Made by a program: the position numbers and the translations under genes. From contig CM022674.1 in NCBI GenBank assembly GCA_012295275.1, positions 13,206,001 through 13,270,000 on the forward strand: a stretch of DNA of 64,000 nt. Direction: 5' to 3'. Source of the stretch: Chrysomallon squamiferum. Lineage: Eukaryota; Animalia; Mollusca. The notes under the pieces were generated by a model. The model saw nothing but the letters and a program-made list of their open reading frames with translations, was not told where the DNA came from and did no database searches. Below are positions 13,401-26,700 of the stretch, piece by piece (the stretch's first letter is position 1; every line of letters starts with the position of its first letter).

Positions 13401-15465
13401 GTCCAGCTCAAAACTGGACATTAGAATGACCAACGGGCTCTAAACTAAGTAAATTTAGCAGATTTATGGGACAAGTTAGTGGACAGTGTTGAGTAACCGC
13501 AACACCATTAAATTCAGATTTCAGATTTTGTTTCCTGGTCTCTGTAATAGTTTCCTGGTCTCTTTGTTTCTTGGTCCCTTTAATAACTTCCTGGTCATCT
13601 TTAATAGTTCAACAGAATGTTGGTGTCTGTGAAGATGTTCTCTTAAAGGTACCACAGTCTGGTTTAACTTAGTTATCAGTGGTGGTTTGGAGATAAGAAT
13701 CATTTTTGTCACAGTCTGGTTGGTGGCTAATGAAGTTTTATGGAGAATTTAAAGTAATTAATGGACTAATTAAGTGTTTGAATGCGCTGAGGTGTGACCT
13801 GTTTCAGCAGACATGTGACATGGTTTAATGGTCTTGTGTAACTGCACCTGTTGGTAGACGATCTAAATCTTGTGTGTCTTGTACACCTGTGTTTAAAGAC
13901 CACCTGTGTTATAGGATTTATTAGTGTTGTTGTATTTGCTAAAAAAAAAAATGAATAACATAACAAAGTAAAAACATATTTTAAACTTTTTCGTATCTGT
14001 TTTGTTCTTTATTTCTTATTTCTTCAGATGTATGGACACAAACTGACAAACACATGTACTTACATAAATATACAATGACATGTGCACACATATACTGTGT
14101 ACTCACAAATGCTAACACACAGACAAACAGATCCACAAATCATACCACATGCACATGCACATGCAACAAGCATACGCGCGCACACACACACTAAACTTGT
14201 CTTTAGTTTTGATTCAGACAGATTATCATTCTGTTAATTGAGCAACACACACACACACACAAACTAAACCTGTCTTTGGTTTTGATTCATCTGACAGAAA
14301 TTCTGTTGTTTTACATGCAACAAGCATGCACTAAACCTGTCTTTATTTTTGATTCAGTTTCTTGCTCTGACAGATTAGTCTCTCATTCTGTTAACTCTGT
14401 TTTACATGCAACAAGCATACGCGCGCACACACACACTAAACCTGTCTTTATTTTTGATTCAGTTTCTTGCTCTGACAGATTAGTCTCTCATTCTGTTAAC
14501 TCTGTTTTACATGCAACAAGCATACGCGCGCACACACACACTAAACCTGTCTTTATTTTTGATTCAGTTTCTTGCTCTGACAGATTAGTTTCTCATTCTG
14601 TTAACTAAACCTGTCTTTATTTTTGATTCAGTTTCTTGCTCTGACAGATTAGTCTCTCATTCTGTTAACTCTGTTTTACATGCAACAAGCATACGCACGC
14701 ACACACACACTAAACCTGTCTTTAGTTTTGATTCAGTTTCTTGCTCTGACAGATTAGTCTCTCATTCTGTTAACTCTGTTTTACATGCAACAAGCATACG
14801 CACACACACACACACTAAACCTGTCTTTAGTTTTGATTCAGTTTCTTGCTCTGACAGATTAGTCTCTCATTCTGTTAACTCTGTTTTACATGCAACAAGC
14901 ATACGCGCACACACACACTAAACCTTGTGACAGATTTGTTTCTCATCTTTTGATTCTGTTTTACTTGCACACACACACTAAACCTGACAGTTTTGATTCA
15001 GTTTCTTGCTCTGACAGTCTCTCATTCTGTTAACTCTGTTTTACATTTTAAACCTGTCTTTATTTTTGATTCAGTTTCTTGCTCTGACTGGGGCCACAAC
15101 AGGGTGATCGTTGCCTGCAGCTACGCTTCTCAAGTCTTTGCCAGAGTTCAATATCCTTTTACAAGCTCAAACCTCCAGATGAGACTCCTAATAGATTTTT
15201 CTTTCTTTCTTTCTTTCTTTCTTTTTCTCTCTGTCTCACAGAAATATGGCAGATCATGGTGAACAGTTTGTCCAGGCTTTCTTCTTGGGAAATAATTATT
15301 TTAGTTTTTTTGTTGAGTCTTTATTAATAATTTTTTTGAGTAGGGTGAATAGTTTAAGCTGGCTAACTTGAGTTACAGTGATAACCTTTAGAGTATGGTG
15401 GGATGTTTGTTTATGTCTGTATGGGGTGTGTTGTTTATACATCTTTGTGAATGTGGTTGTATGTA

Positions 15466-15515
<50 letters not shown>

Positions 15516-15573
15516 CGTGCGTGTGTGTATACATGCATATGCTTTGGAAGTATTTCTGCTTGTGTTTTTTGGA

Positions 15574-15610
<37 letters not shown>

Positions 15611-18600
15611 GGTGTGTGTGTGTGAGTGTGTATATACATGCATATGCTTTGGAAGTATTTCTGTCTGGTTTTTTAGAAGGGGTGTGTGTATGTATATGTG
15701 TGTGTGTTTCTGTGTATGTGTATGTGATGCATGTAAATAGACTATTTGTAGTTGTGTCACTGTTCATATGTATGTATTTTTGGGGGTGGGGAGGGAGTGT
15801 GTACATGTTCATCTATCTTTATTTATTAGAACTGTCAGTGTATTGATGGATCTGGCTAAAATGTTTTATTAATATGTTAACTGATGTAACAGAACAAGCA
15901 TGCATGTCTTTACTAGATAAACATAACCTTCAACACACATACAGAGACAGAAACACAAACATACAGCAGAAACATTCACATCACAGACAAATAAACACAC
16001 AAACTGCATTGCAAACAACATTTGCATGCACACACACACATTCAAAACTAAACAAACACAAGTTACTGCCTTTGTCTTTTATAATTTAAAATAAGTTAAA
16101 AAAAAAAAATAATAAAACAGAATAACAAGAAAAAGATATGATCATGATTCTTTTTTTTCCTTTTCTTTTTTTTTTTTTACTTACATCTGGAAAATGTTTG
16201 TTTTTTTTAAACTCAGAGGAATGTTTGGCTTATTGTCATAAAAATAATGAAGTAAATGCTCTCCATCATCTTAGAAAAAGCAATATGGATTTCTCATCAG
16301 AGACTGAAATGAAAATAATTTGAAAAAAAAAAAAAAAAAAACAGCTGAGAGATCCCAGTGGTTCTTGTGGTTCAGTGATGAACAGTTGTGTTAAACAAGG
16401 CAGTTGAGAAGAGAATGGAAAACCATTTCACAAAGCTTGTTTGATGAAAATGTCAGGAAAACAAAACGTCGTTATGGAGCAGGTATTTCAGGAATGCAGA
16501 AAGGATTAAAAATTGATTGTTTTCTTCTTCTTCTTCTTCTTCTACTTCTCATTTGTTTTTTTTGTTTTCTTTCTAAATACAGTTCTGTGTTTAAGAAATT
16601 CAGGAATGGATTGATGGTTATGGGTGTTTGAGGTTTTGAGTCTTAATTGACAGAAGTTCGTTCTGCAGTATTAATAACAGAATGTTTATAATTAAGTTTT
16701 TATTTTTCTGTTTCTGTCTGTCCATTTGTCAGTCTGTTCCTTTGTCCATGTGTGCATTCATTCACAACCAGTGAACCAAACAGCTGGATTTGTGAATAAC
16801 ATGTTTCCCCCATTTGTCTTTATATCTGATGTTTATTTGCTTTTTTGAATCCATAATCCATCCATCCATCCATCCATCCATCCATTCATCCATCCATCCT
16901 TCATTCATTTATTCACCCTTCCATGTACTATCCACATATTTTTATACTTATTTAAATACATATTTATTAAGCTGATCTTACTCTTTTCATCTATGTACAC
17001 ATCCATCCATCCATCCATCCATCCATCCATCCATATCTCTTAAATTTTAAAACTATCAATAATAATAAACTGATGTTAACAGTTTTCTGTGAGACTTCCC
17101 ATCCATCCTTTTTATTCATTCTTCTGTCAATCTCATCCATCCCTCCATCCATCCCTCCATCCATCCATCCCTCCATCCATCCATCCATCCCTTCATCCAT
17201 CCCTCCATCCATACATCCCTCCATCCATCCATCCATCCCTTCATCCATCCCTCCATCCATCCATCCATCCATCCATCCATCCATCCCTCCATCCATCCAT
17301 CCCTCCATCCATCCATCCATCCATCCATCCATCCATCCCTTCATCCATCCCTCCATCCATCCCTCCACGTCTGTTACAACTACAGCAGCGCTGACAACAC
17401 AGCGCAGTGACGCTAATAAAGTGACGCTGACATATTTCTGCGAGAAAACCGACCCGTCTGATTAGCTCTGACTTCACGTCTCTCGACGATGGCGCCTACA
17501 TGCACGTTGCAGTCACCTGGGAGACATGATTCAATAATGATCGAACCTCTCGTGTCATCGTGTCCGCTGACAGCTTGCATCGGCTACCGCAGCGACGACT
17601 GAGACATGACCAGCATGCATCTTTGTAGTTTTGTTTATGTGCTGGCTAGTCGAGTGGTCAGCTTCGTGGCCTGGGGATGGCCACTAGAGTGACCGGTATT
17701 AACAACTGTTGTGTCCTTAACACTGGTCAGGGAAGTGGCCGGAATTAAGGTCTTTCAGATGACCTGAAGAATGGTCAGTTGGAGTGGTCTTTTAGATGTA
17801 AAAACTGAGTGACCAGAGTATGAATTACTTCAGCTGGTAAAGTGATCAGAAATACAGGAATTTTAGTGGTCATAGTGTGGTCAGTAAATTGACCAGTAGT
17901 GTGGTCAGTAGAATGCTATTAAACTGTACAAAACTGGCTATCTGTAGAGCGAGAGGTTTTTTTTGTTTTTTTTAATCATTTAGCAAGAAGTAATTTTTTT
18001 TGTGTTTCTTTATAATAGGCTACAGTTTTTTTTTAAAGTTCAGAGTTCTGGTTAGAATGGAGAAATAGCCATTTGGTGCACTGAGGAGATTTGATCTTGT
18101 TGTCTTTTACTTAAATGAAACAGAAAACGTTAATTACTGGCAGTTTGTTTAATATGAAAAATAAAACAATAAATAAATAAATAAATAAGATAAAAAAAAA
18201 AAAAAAATTAAAATAAATGAAAATAAAATAAAATAAATAAATAAAAATAGTAAATAAATAAATAAATAAATAAAGTTAAAATTAAGAAAAATATAATAAA
18301 ATAAATAATCAAATTTATGAAAAAAAATAAATAAATAAACAAACAAAAATAAACAAATAAACAAACAAACAAACTAACACATACACATCAAATAATTTCA
18401 CAACTTTGAGTTGTTGAATACTCCAACTAGCTGAGGAGTGAACAATAACTGTAGGAACATTTTTCTCACTGAGAACTGTTGTCTCCATGGCGAACGAGAA
18501 CTGTGCTAGTCGCAGTCTCCACAATAAATGGTTATTGATGGAGTAATTGATGGGCATGTGTGGACCTTTTCATTGACTGAGAAATGCGAGGGAAATTTCA

Positions 18601-20290
18601 GTCTGTCATGATTACCTTTCATTGAACTAAATGGAGAAGTGATTTAGGACACAATGGCCATAGTGGCGGCCATTTTAGGCAATTTGGACGAATTGAAGAG
18701 AAAATGAAGAAATTCGGAAAAAGGAAAAAAAAAAATTTCTAAAGGGTGTTTTCTTGTTGTAGAAGTTAGTTTTTTTTTTGAAATGTCCGTTTCTTTATAA
18801 ATATTTATTTTATGGTAATTTGGGGAAAAAAAGACTAAATGATGATGATGATGGATGATGGTGATGATGATGATAACAGCAATAATAATAATAAAAATTT
18901 AACAATAAATAAATAAATAAATAAGTTAATTGGTTAATTCAATATATTATTAAAAGTATAAATTCAGTTTTGTGTTTGATCAGATCTAAAGAAATTTAAT
19001 TTTTTATTTTTCTGTATGTGTGTTTCATGATAAAATTTATTTCATTTCTTGTGATGTGTCTAAATGTATTTTAATCATTTATGACCTTTATGAAGCCATC
19101 AAACCTCATTTAATATATTTTTTTAAATTATCTGTTTGTCTGTTCTTATGTCTGTCCATTTATTAAACTGACAATGATTTCATTTTCTGAATCATAAAAC
19201 ATTTTTTATCAGATTTTTCCATCTCTTTCCAGACTGGTCATTTTTACTTGTTTTCTGTCCTTTCATCCATCTATCCATCCATCCTTCTGTCTCTCCATCC
19301 ATCTGTACATTCTTTCATTCATCCAGTCAGTAATTTTATTTACCTCCTGTTAATTATTAAACTAACAATTAATTATAAACCAATAAATAAACAACAATAA
19401 AAACAAAAAAACAAACAAACAAACAACTAAATAAATAATAAATAAATAAATAATAAATAAATGACAAAAACTAAAATATAAATACACAAAACAAATAAAT
19501 AAACATAAACATCAAGAAAGAAAATTACAAACAAACAAATAACATTTAAAAAAAAAAAAAAAAAAAAAAATATTATTCATTAATAATTTCCCCCAGGCTA
19601 TCAGTTGCAATTTATCATGAACAATAAATCATTTCGAAAATAAATAACTAAATATCTTTATAAATGATTTTATTATTTACCATTATATTTTCTTCAATAA
19701 CGTATCAACTACAACTGCAATTTATAAGTAATTAAGACGAGGCGATTGAGACGAACACAATATCTACTAACAGACGTCTGACAGCTCATAAATGATAAAA
19801 GAAATCGGGAATTAAAACGATGAAAAAGTCGCGTATTCTGGAGATTAGTCAAAACACATTTTTAGTGAGAGCGAAAATTAATCTCAGATTCATCTGTCAA
19901 ATTTAGGATTTATTCAGTCTCCAGGTTGACATTTGCCAATAATTATTTTCTGTGATTTTTTTTTTTTTTTAATATTTATTTTTTTGTATTTTTTTATTTT
20001 CGTTCAGTGTGGTAAGGTTGTTTTTTGTTTGTTTTTTTTGTTTGTTTTTTTGGTTGTGTTTTTTTTTTTCACTTCTAGAAGCGAGTTTGATTGGTGATGT
20101 TGTTAAATGTCAATAAATCTTTCTTATTTTAATAAAAGCATATTTCTTGTGAGTCATTCCATAGCTTCTGTGATTGTACTGATTTTGATGTGTGTGTGTG
20201 TGTGTGAGAGAGAGAAAGAGAGAAATAGAGAGAGAGAAAGAGAGCGCAAGAGTTAGACAGAGAGCAAGAGACAGAGACAGAGACAGAGAC

Positions 20291-20336
<46 letters not shown>

Positions 20337-21817
20337 TTATGTGTGTCTGTATGTTTTCAAGAATGATTGTGAAGTAAGTAATAACAGTTACATAAACATT
20401 CATATTCAAATTCAAAAGCAGAATGCATAAGTACATGACACACACATACAAAAAAACCACATATATATATTAATCAGTTCAACAATTTTATTAGTTTTTC
20501 CAGTGAAAGGTTTGCAGTTACACATATTTATATTTAATAAAAAATCACAAAAAATAAAAAGCATCACATGTTCATCTGGGTTTTTTTTGTAGTCTCTTTC
20601 ATTTCCTCTTAAAATCTATTTTATTAGGATAACAGTTCCTTTTTTATTTAAAATATTTTCATAGTTAATTATCACTAAAAGTTGACTTTGTCAAAACTGT
20701 TGACAGAAATAAAAATAGTTTAAAACAAATACTCAGCCTTATGACAACAGTTTTTCATAAATGATTAATATTAAAAAAAATATATAAAAATTATTAATAA
20801 TTAAGAAAAAATAATGTTTATAAAAAAGAAGGAATTAAAACAATTATCTGAGGATTAAAAGAAAAGCGTTTAAAAATATTAAAAAAAAGAGAAGAAAAAA
20901 AAAGAAGAGATTTCTAGAGAGAAAGATGCCAACTTGTTACGCTGGTAATGATGAACGATCTAAGAAACTGCAGAATAATACACCATGCCGCCATTAACAA
21001 TGATTAATTAAAGTGAAAATGATCACAACAAACGAAGCAGGACAAAGCTTTGGAGGAAGAGAAACCGTGGAAACCAGAAAATGGAAAGTAATTTCGCATA
21101 TCTGAAAGAGTTGATGTAATTTCCACCATCACTGAGCTGAGAATAAGAACGAAAAAAAACAACAAAAAACGTCTTTAAAACTGCAATTGCTTGGTTTAAA
21201 AAAGTCTGATTTGCATTTATTAAAAAACATATTGATTGCGTTGACGATGTTGATAGTGTCTTTAATAGCTTTTCTCAACTAACCAATTCATAACTGATCG
21301 ACAATTTCGAAGTCATTTTTTTTTTTTTCTTTTTTTTACGAATAATTTTCTCATTTTGGTCGTATGTTTCCTATGATTGGGAATGATTAATTAGACAGAC
21401 GCAAGTGATATGGACATCAGCGGAATTCCTCGTTGAGGATGGCGTTGGTTATTTTTTATTTTTTTCCTCGTCGCAAAATAACCGCTTGGAGAGAAGTTTC
21501 TATATCGTTTCAATCAGGCGAAATTGGTCGCGGAGAATGAGGTAGAATAAATAAGTATTGTGATGATGTGTGTGCCGGGCTGGAAATGAGAGTTGTATTG
21601 TTGTTTATGGCCTGTCGTTAAAGTGATAAGAGATTCGTTATTGCGTTTTAACATTAATTGGTGGTCAGTTTTCGAAGGAAAAGGAGAAATAAAAAAAAAA
21701 AATATGGAAAAAAAAAAAAAAAAAAAAAAAAGTTGTAATAAAAATTCTCGTGCCAGTTTAACATTTCTAAATGAGTATAAGATTTAGAAATAATTGCACT
21801 TGCTGATTAGTTCCTGC

Positions 21818-21851
<34 letters not shown>

Positions 21852-23729
21852 CTATTAGTAACATTTTTATTATTATTTTTAATTTCTTTTTGTTGTTACT
21901 GTTTTATTATTATTAATATTATTTTGCTTGGGTTTTTTTTCTGTTGTTATTATTATTATTTTACTATTATATTTGACATTATTATTATTACTAGTACTAC
22001 TACTACTATTACTTTTTTTGTTATTTTATTTATTTATTTATTTGTTGCTGTCACATTACTCGTTATTATAACATTATTAGTTTACATTTATATTATACCT
22101 GTGGAATTGAAAAAACACACCTGTTGTTAATTATCTATTGTTTCATGTTTTACAGGTGCGCGGACAGACTGAGAAGGGGTGGGGTGAATACAGCGACATC
22201 CTTTTTGTTCAATCCAACTCAGGAAATGGAGACTATGGTAATAAAGAACACATAGATACAGGTGTTTTATTTGTTATAAACATAAATGTTGTTTGTATCT
22301 TATTACTATTTTTATTATTATTTGTTTGTTTTTTATATTTGTTGTCCTAATATAGAGAAATAAAAAAGTAAAAAAGTAATAAAAAGCAGGCAGTAATTCT
22401 ATGTTTTACAGAGCTCAGTTTGAGCATCAGATTATCAAATCACGATTTATTAAAGATTGCAATAAGTTTTCCTACTTATGGGAAGGTGGCTTACAAAAGA
22501 CCACTTGTTGCTAATTAATGTCATTTGCCTTTCTCAGACATTGAGCTACAAAATTTCTATCTTATCTCATTATTTAAGAATGCTTACAAGCAGCAAATAA
22601 CTGCTAATGTGTTAAAATTATGTGAAAGTGTTTTTGTAAATAAATCTTCATTATTATATTTATATCTGTGTGTTTTTCAGTGAACACTCCCATTGGAATT
22701 ATTGCTGGGTCTATAGTTGCTGTTCTTCTGTGCATGGCAATAGCAACAATCATGATCTTCATATTACTCAGACGGTGTGTAATATGTTTTTGTATATACA
22801 TGATAGTGTGTAATACCAATGTACACTCCCTCAAGTTACTTGTTGAATTTATTTATACATTTTTATGGAGTGAGATAATCTTAGTCAAATAGATGTGATG
22901 GAATCATTTCAGTTCCAGCCTGAACTTGTTTTGAAATTTCTGAGAGTTACAGAATTTTAACCATAAATTATAATTTAAATAAAAGTGATACTTTTGTTCA
23001 GCCCTTTATACTGTGGTTTGACTAATCTTAATTTAGAATTTTTTATGTAGAAAATATTCACCATTTTGGTATATTTAATTTTGTTTGACACCCAATAGTA
23101 GATATATGTTTTGTGCTGGGATGTGGTTAAACATTCATTCATTCATTCATTCATTCATCTATTTATTTATTTATTTATTTATTTATTTATTTCAGAAATC
23201 GACAGAGCTGCAATGAGAAGAAAGATTGTGACACTCCATATAGTCATGGTAAATTTTTAAACATTTTTTTTATTCCTCTTACAAAAAACCCCAAGATAAA
23301 TAATAACTGTATAAAACTTAATCATAAATGAAATTAATTTTCCTGAATCTATACCCAAATGTGGACATTGATAACAACTTGTCTGTTTTCTTAGTTTTCT
23401 TGTTTCACTGTGTACTAAAATGTCTGTTAAAAAATAATTCCCTTTTCCACAAACCTTCTTCTTTTTTTTTTGTTTTTCCTTTTTATAACAAAGGAAGAGT
23501 TAATAGTCTAAGTTTTAGGATTTTGTCCAGTCCTGGGTGAAAGTTATTTAATGTTTAAATGCTTGAATTGTTTTTTAGGCAAATATTAACCAATCAGAAA
23601 CAAAATATAATTTACTGCTGCTTTGCTGATATAACCTTGAACTTCAAGTTTTAGTCTAATTAATAAAGTTGAATATATGATAGGTTATTAATATTGTCCT
23701 TGGATAAGTTTGAAAAAAATAAAGAAAAA

Positions 23730-23763
<34 letters not shown>

Positions 23764-26700
23764 TTTTTTTTTTTTATTATAACCATTATTATTATATTAT
23801 TATTATTTTAATCAATATTATTATTAATTTTATTTCTGTAATAAAAGTTTAATTTATAGTGATAAATTAAAAATTAAAAACAATATTTATAGCTTTAGCC
23901 TTCACACCTGTCCAAAATTTACCTGCACTTTGTGTTTCACCTGCTTTTTACCTGTATCTCAGCAGGGTGGCAGATTTTTCTTTTCATTTTAATCTTGGTT
24001 GCAGCTTTTTAAAATTTTGCTTAACATCATTATCATAATCTCATTTCATTTTTTTCTGTGTTGTATTTATGTATTTATTTATTTTATTTTATTTTATTTT
24101 ATTTTATTTTATTTTATTTTATTTATTATTTATTATTTATCTTTAATTGCTATAATTGTTTTTATTTTATTTGTTTTATTTTATATATATATTTTTTTAT
24201 TTAGATATTATTATTATTATTATTATTTTTAATTTAATTTTTATTATTTGCTTTTTATTCCTTATATTTTTGAGAAGAAAATTATTATAAATTATGTTTT
24301 TAAATTTTTTTTTATTTGCTTTTTGTTGAACATTTTTTGAAATTTTGTTATTTATGGTCAACACTGGACGATGTTTACTAATATTTAACAATAAAAATTT
24401 ACTTCTCAGTTTATTTTAAATTCATGTAATTATCTCTAATCTAACTGTTCATATTTTAATTTATATTATTTATTTTAAAATCAAACAGTAAATAAATAGT
24501 TAACTAAGATTTAAGTTTTGTAAAATTTTCTCATTTCAATAGAAATAAGTGGCTTAAATATATTTTTTTTTTTTGCTTTTTAAAAAAAAAAAAAAAGAAT
24601 ATTTAAATAAAATATAAATTGAAATAATAAATATATTATAATTTTCTAATTAAATGATTTAATAGAACACATACAAATAACTGAAAATAATTTTTAGAAT
24701 TTTATTCTAAGAATATAGAAGAAAATCACACACAAAATAAATAACAAAATAAAATAATAATAATAATAATAATAATTTAATAATAATATCCAATAAAATT
24801 AAAGATATTAAATATATTCAGCCGTTCTTCTCAATCAGCCAATCAAATTAAAGATAACATTGAGATGAACTTTACTCCTCCAGTGTTTCCATGGTAATTT
24901 ATTGTATCTGTGCTTCATGCTTTTTGTTGAAAATGTACGAATCTTTTTTTTTTTTTTTCTCCCTTAGTTATTCAGTACCCACCTTTGGAGCCCCACCTTC
25001 AGCTGAATGGGGGATGTAAGTAAACCAGGCACTGCCATATTGTTCATAGATTTAAAAATGTTGCACTGAGAAATTCCATTTGTAGTTTCTGTTGTGAATA
25101 CTTAAGAAAAGCTTGTTTTTTTTTTACTTCTTTTTTTTTTATTTTTTTTTTTGTGGTTTTGCTGAATTTGTTTTTTTTAAGTTATTTATTTTTATTTAAT
25201 TTTGTGTTGTTTTGTTTTTTATATTTTATTTTAAGTTATTTTAATTAAATATTCTCATTGATTCCTGTTAGGTTTTTTATATCCTTCCTCCCCCCCAGTG
25301 GCCAATAAAGATTAGTCTTTTTTTTTTTGCTTCTTTTTTTCTCCATTTTTTTTTTTTATTTTTTCAGTTTTCCTAAATTTGAAGGGTTAAGTTTACTTCT
25401 TCTTTTTTTCAGATTTTATTATATTATTATTATCATTATTACTGGATTTATTATTATACTGGGGAAACCTTTTTTTTTTTTTTTATATTGAGAAAACACT
25501 GTGAAATTCTAAAAGTTAACTGCATTGGAATGTGATATATCTAAAGGAAAACTACTTAAAAAATAATAATAAATCAGCAATTTTTTTAAAAATTATTATT
25601 TCATTTTATATATATATATATTTTTTTTTTGAAAAGTTACGTTAAACAAATTTTTGTTTCTGTTTAGTTCTACCATTTCCTTTTGCTCCGGATCCTCGTT
25701 TCCATAGAAACCAGGGTAGTAAGATGTCTATTTAAATTCTCAAATACATTCCAGGGAATTGTTTTTCTAATTTAGAAAAGTTTGGTGTTTGAAAGTCTAC
25801 TAACTCAGTAGGAAAAGCATAATGAAATTTTTTTGAAATTAAAACAAGTAAAAAATCAAATTAAATTAAAATAAAATAAAATAAAATGTAAATAAATTAA
25901 TTAATTAATATGGCAGATAAATAAATTGAATAAAAAATACTTAATTTTAAGTATGAATAAAAAAGAATATTTAATTAGAAAAATAAATATATTAACTTTA
26001 TAAAGTAAATAAATAGTCTGAACAGAAAACAAAATTAACTTTTTGGTGATGGTAAATCATTTTCGTAATTTTATACTAATCCATTTTTTAGGTTTATTTT
26101 TTTATCAATACAATACTGACAAAATGATCAAATTCAGATATTTACATAAATAGAATATTGACTGATGTTGGTGATTAACTGGGAGTTTGGAGTTATTTAT
26201 TTATTTATTTATTTATTTATTTTGGTTTATGTTATTTAATTAATTAATTTATTTAGTTACTTTTTTTTTCATTAACCCTGCCCATTTTCATTTGATTAAT
26301 ATTTTCATTTATAATATTTTTATTTATTGGTTTTGGTTTCTTTAAACCTATTTTTATCCATTTATTTCAGAGCTTTCATGTCATATGATTTTCCACCATT
26401 TTTGCCTGCATGCACAAAATCAGCCAATCAGATTATAGCTTCTTTCTTTTTCTTTCTATATATAAACATGCTCATGCTATTTTCTAGACAACAAATAAAG
26501 CTTTAAAATCATCACATTCAAATTACGCTTAGCTGATTTTGGCGGCTTTTTTTAAATAGCATTTCAGTAATCTGAAGGAAAAGGTTTAAACTGATAGATG
26601 GAGCATTTGTTGAAATATTCTTAATTTAATATTATTAATTTTTATTTGTTTTTTTTTTTTTTTTTTAACAGTAACCATGCCACTGTTCCCATCACCTGGG

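Noticed and set aside
14159-15088. Regular repeats as a CRISPR-like array or a 35-aa repeat protein (ORF 14276-14608)
   Set aside because: Units are contiguous with no unique spacers, the context is a eukaryotic intron, and the ORF simply reflects a 105-bp period.
23955-24010. Possible micro-exon at ctcagcag
   Set aside because: No convincing donor in a compatible phase.
26371-26440. Additional Eph juxtamembrane exon after tttatttcag
   Set aside because: The phase-1 frame reaches a TAG with no credible donor before it.
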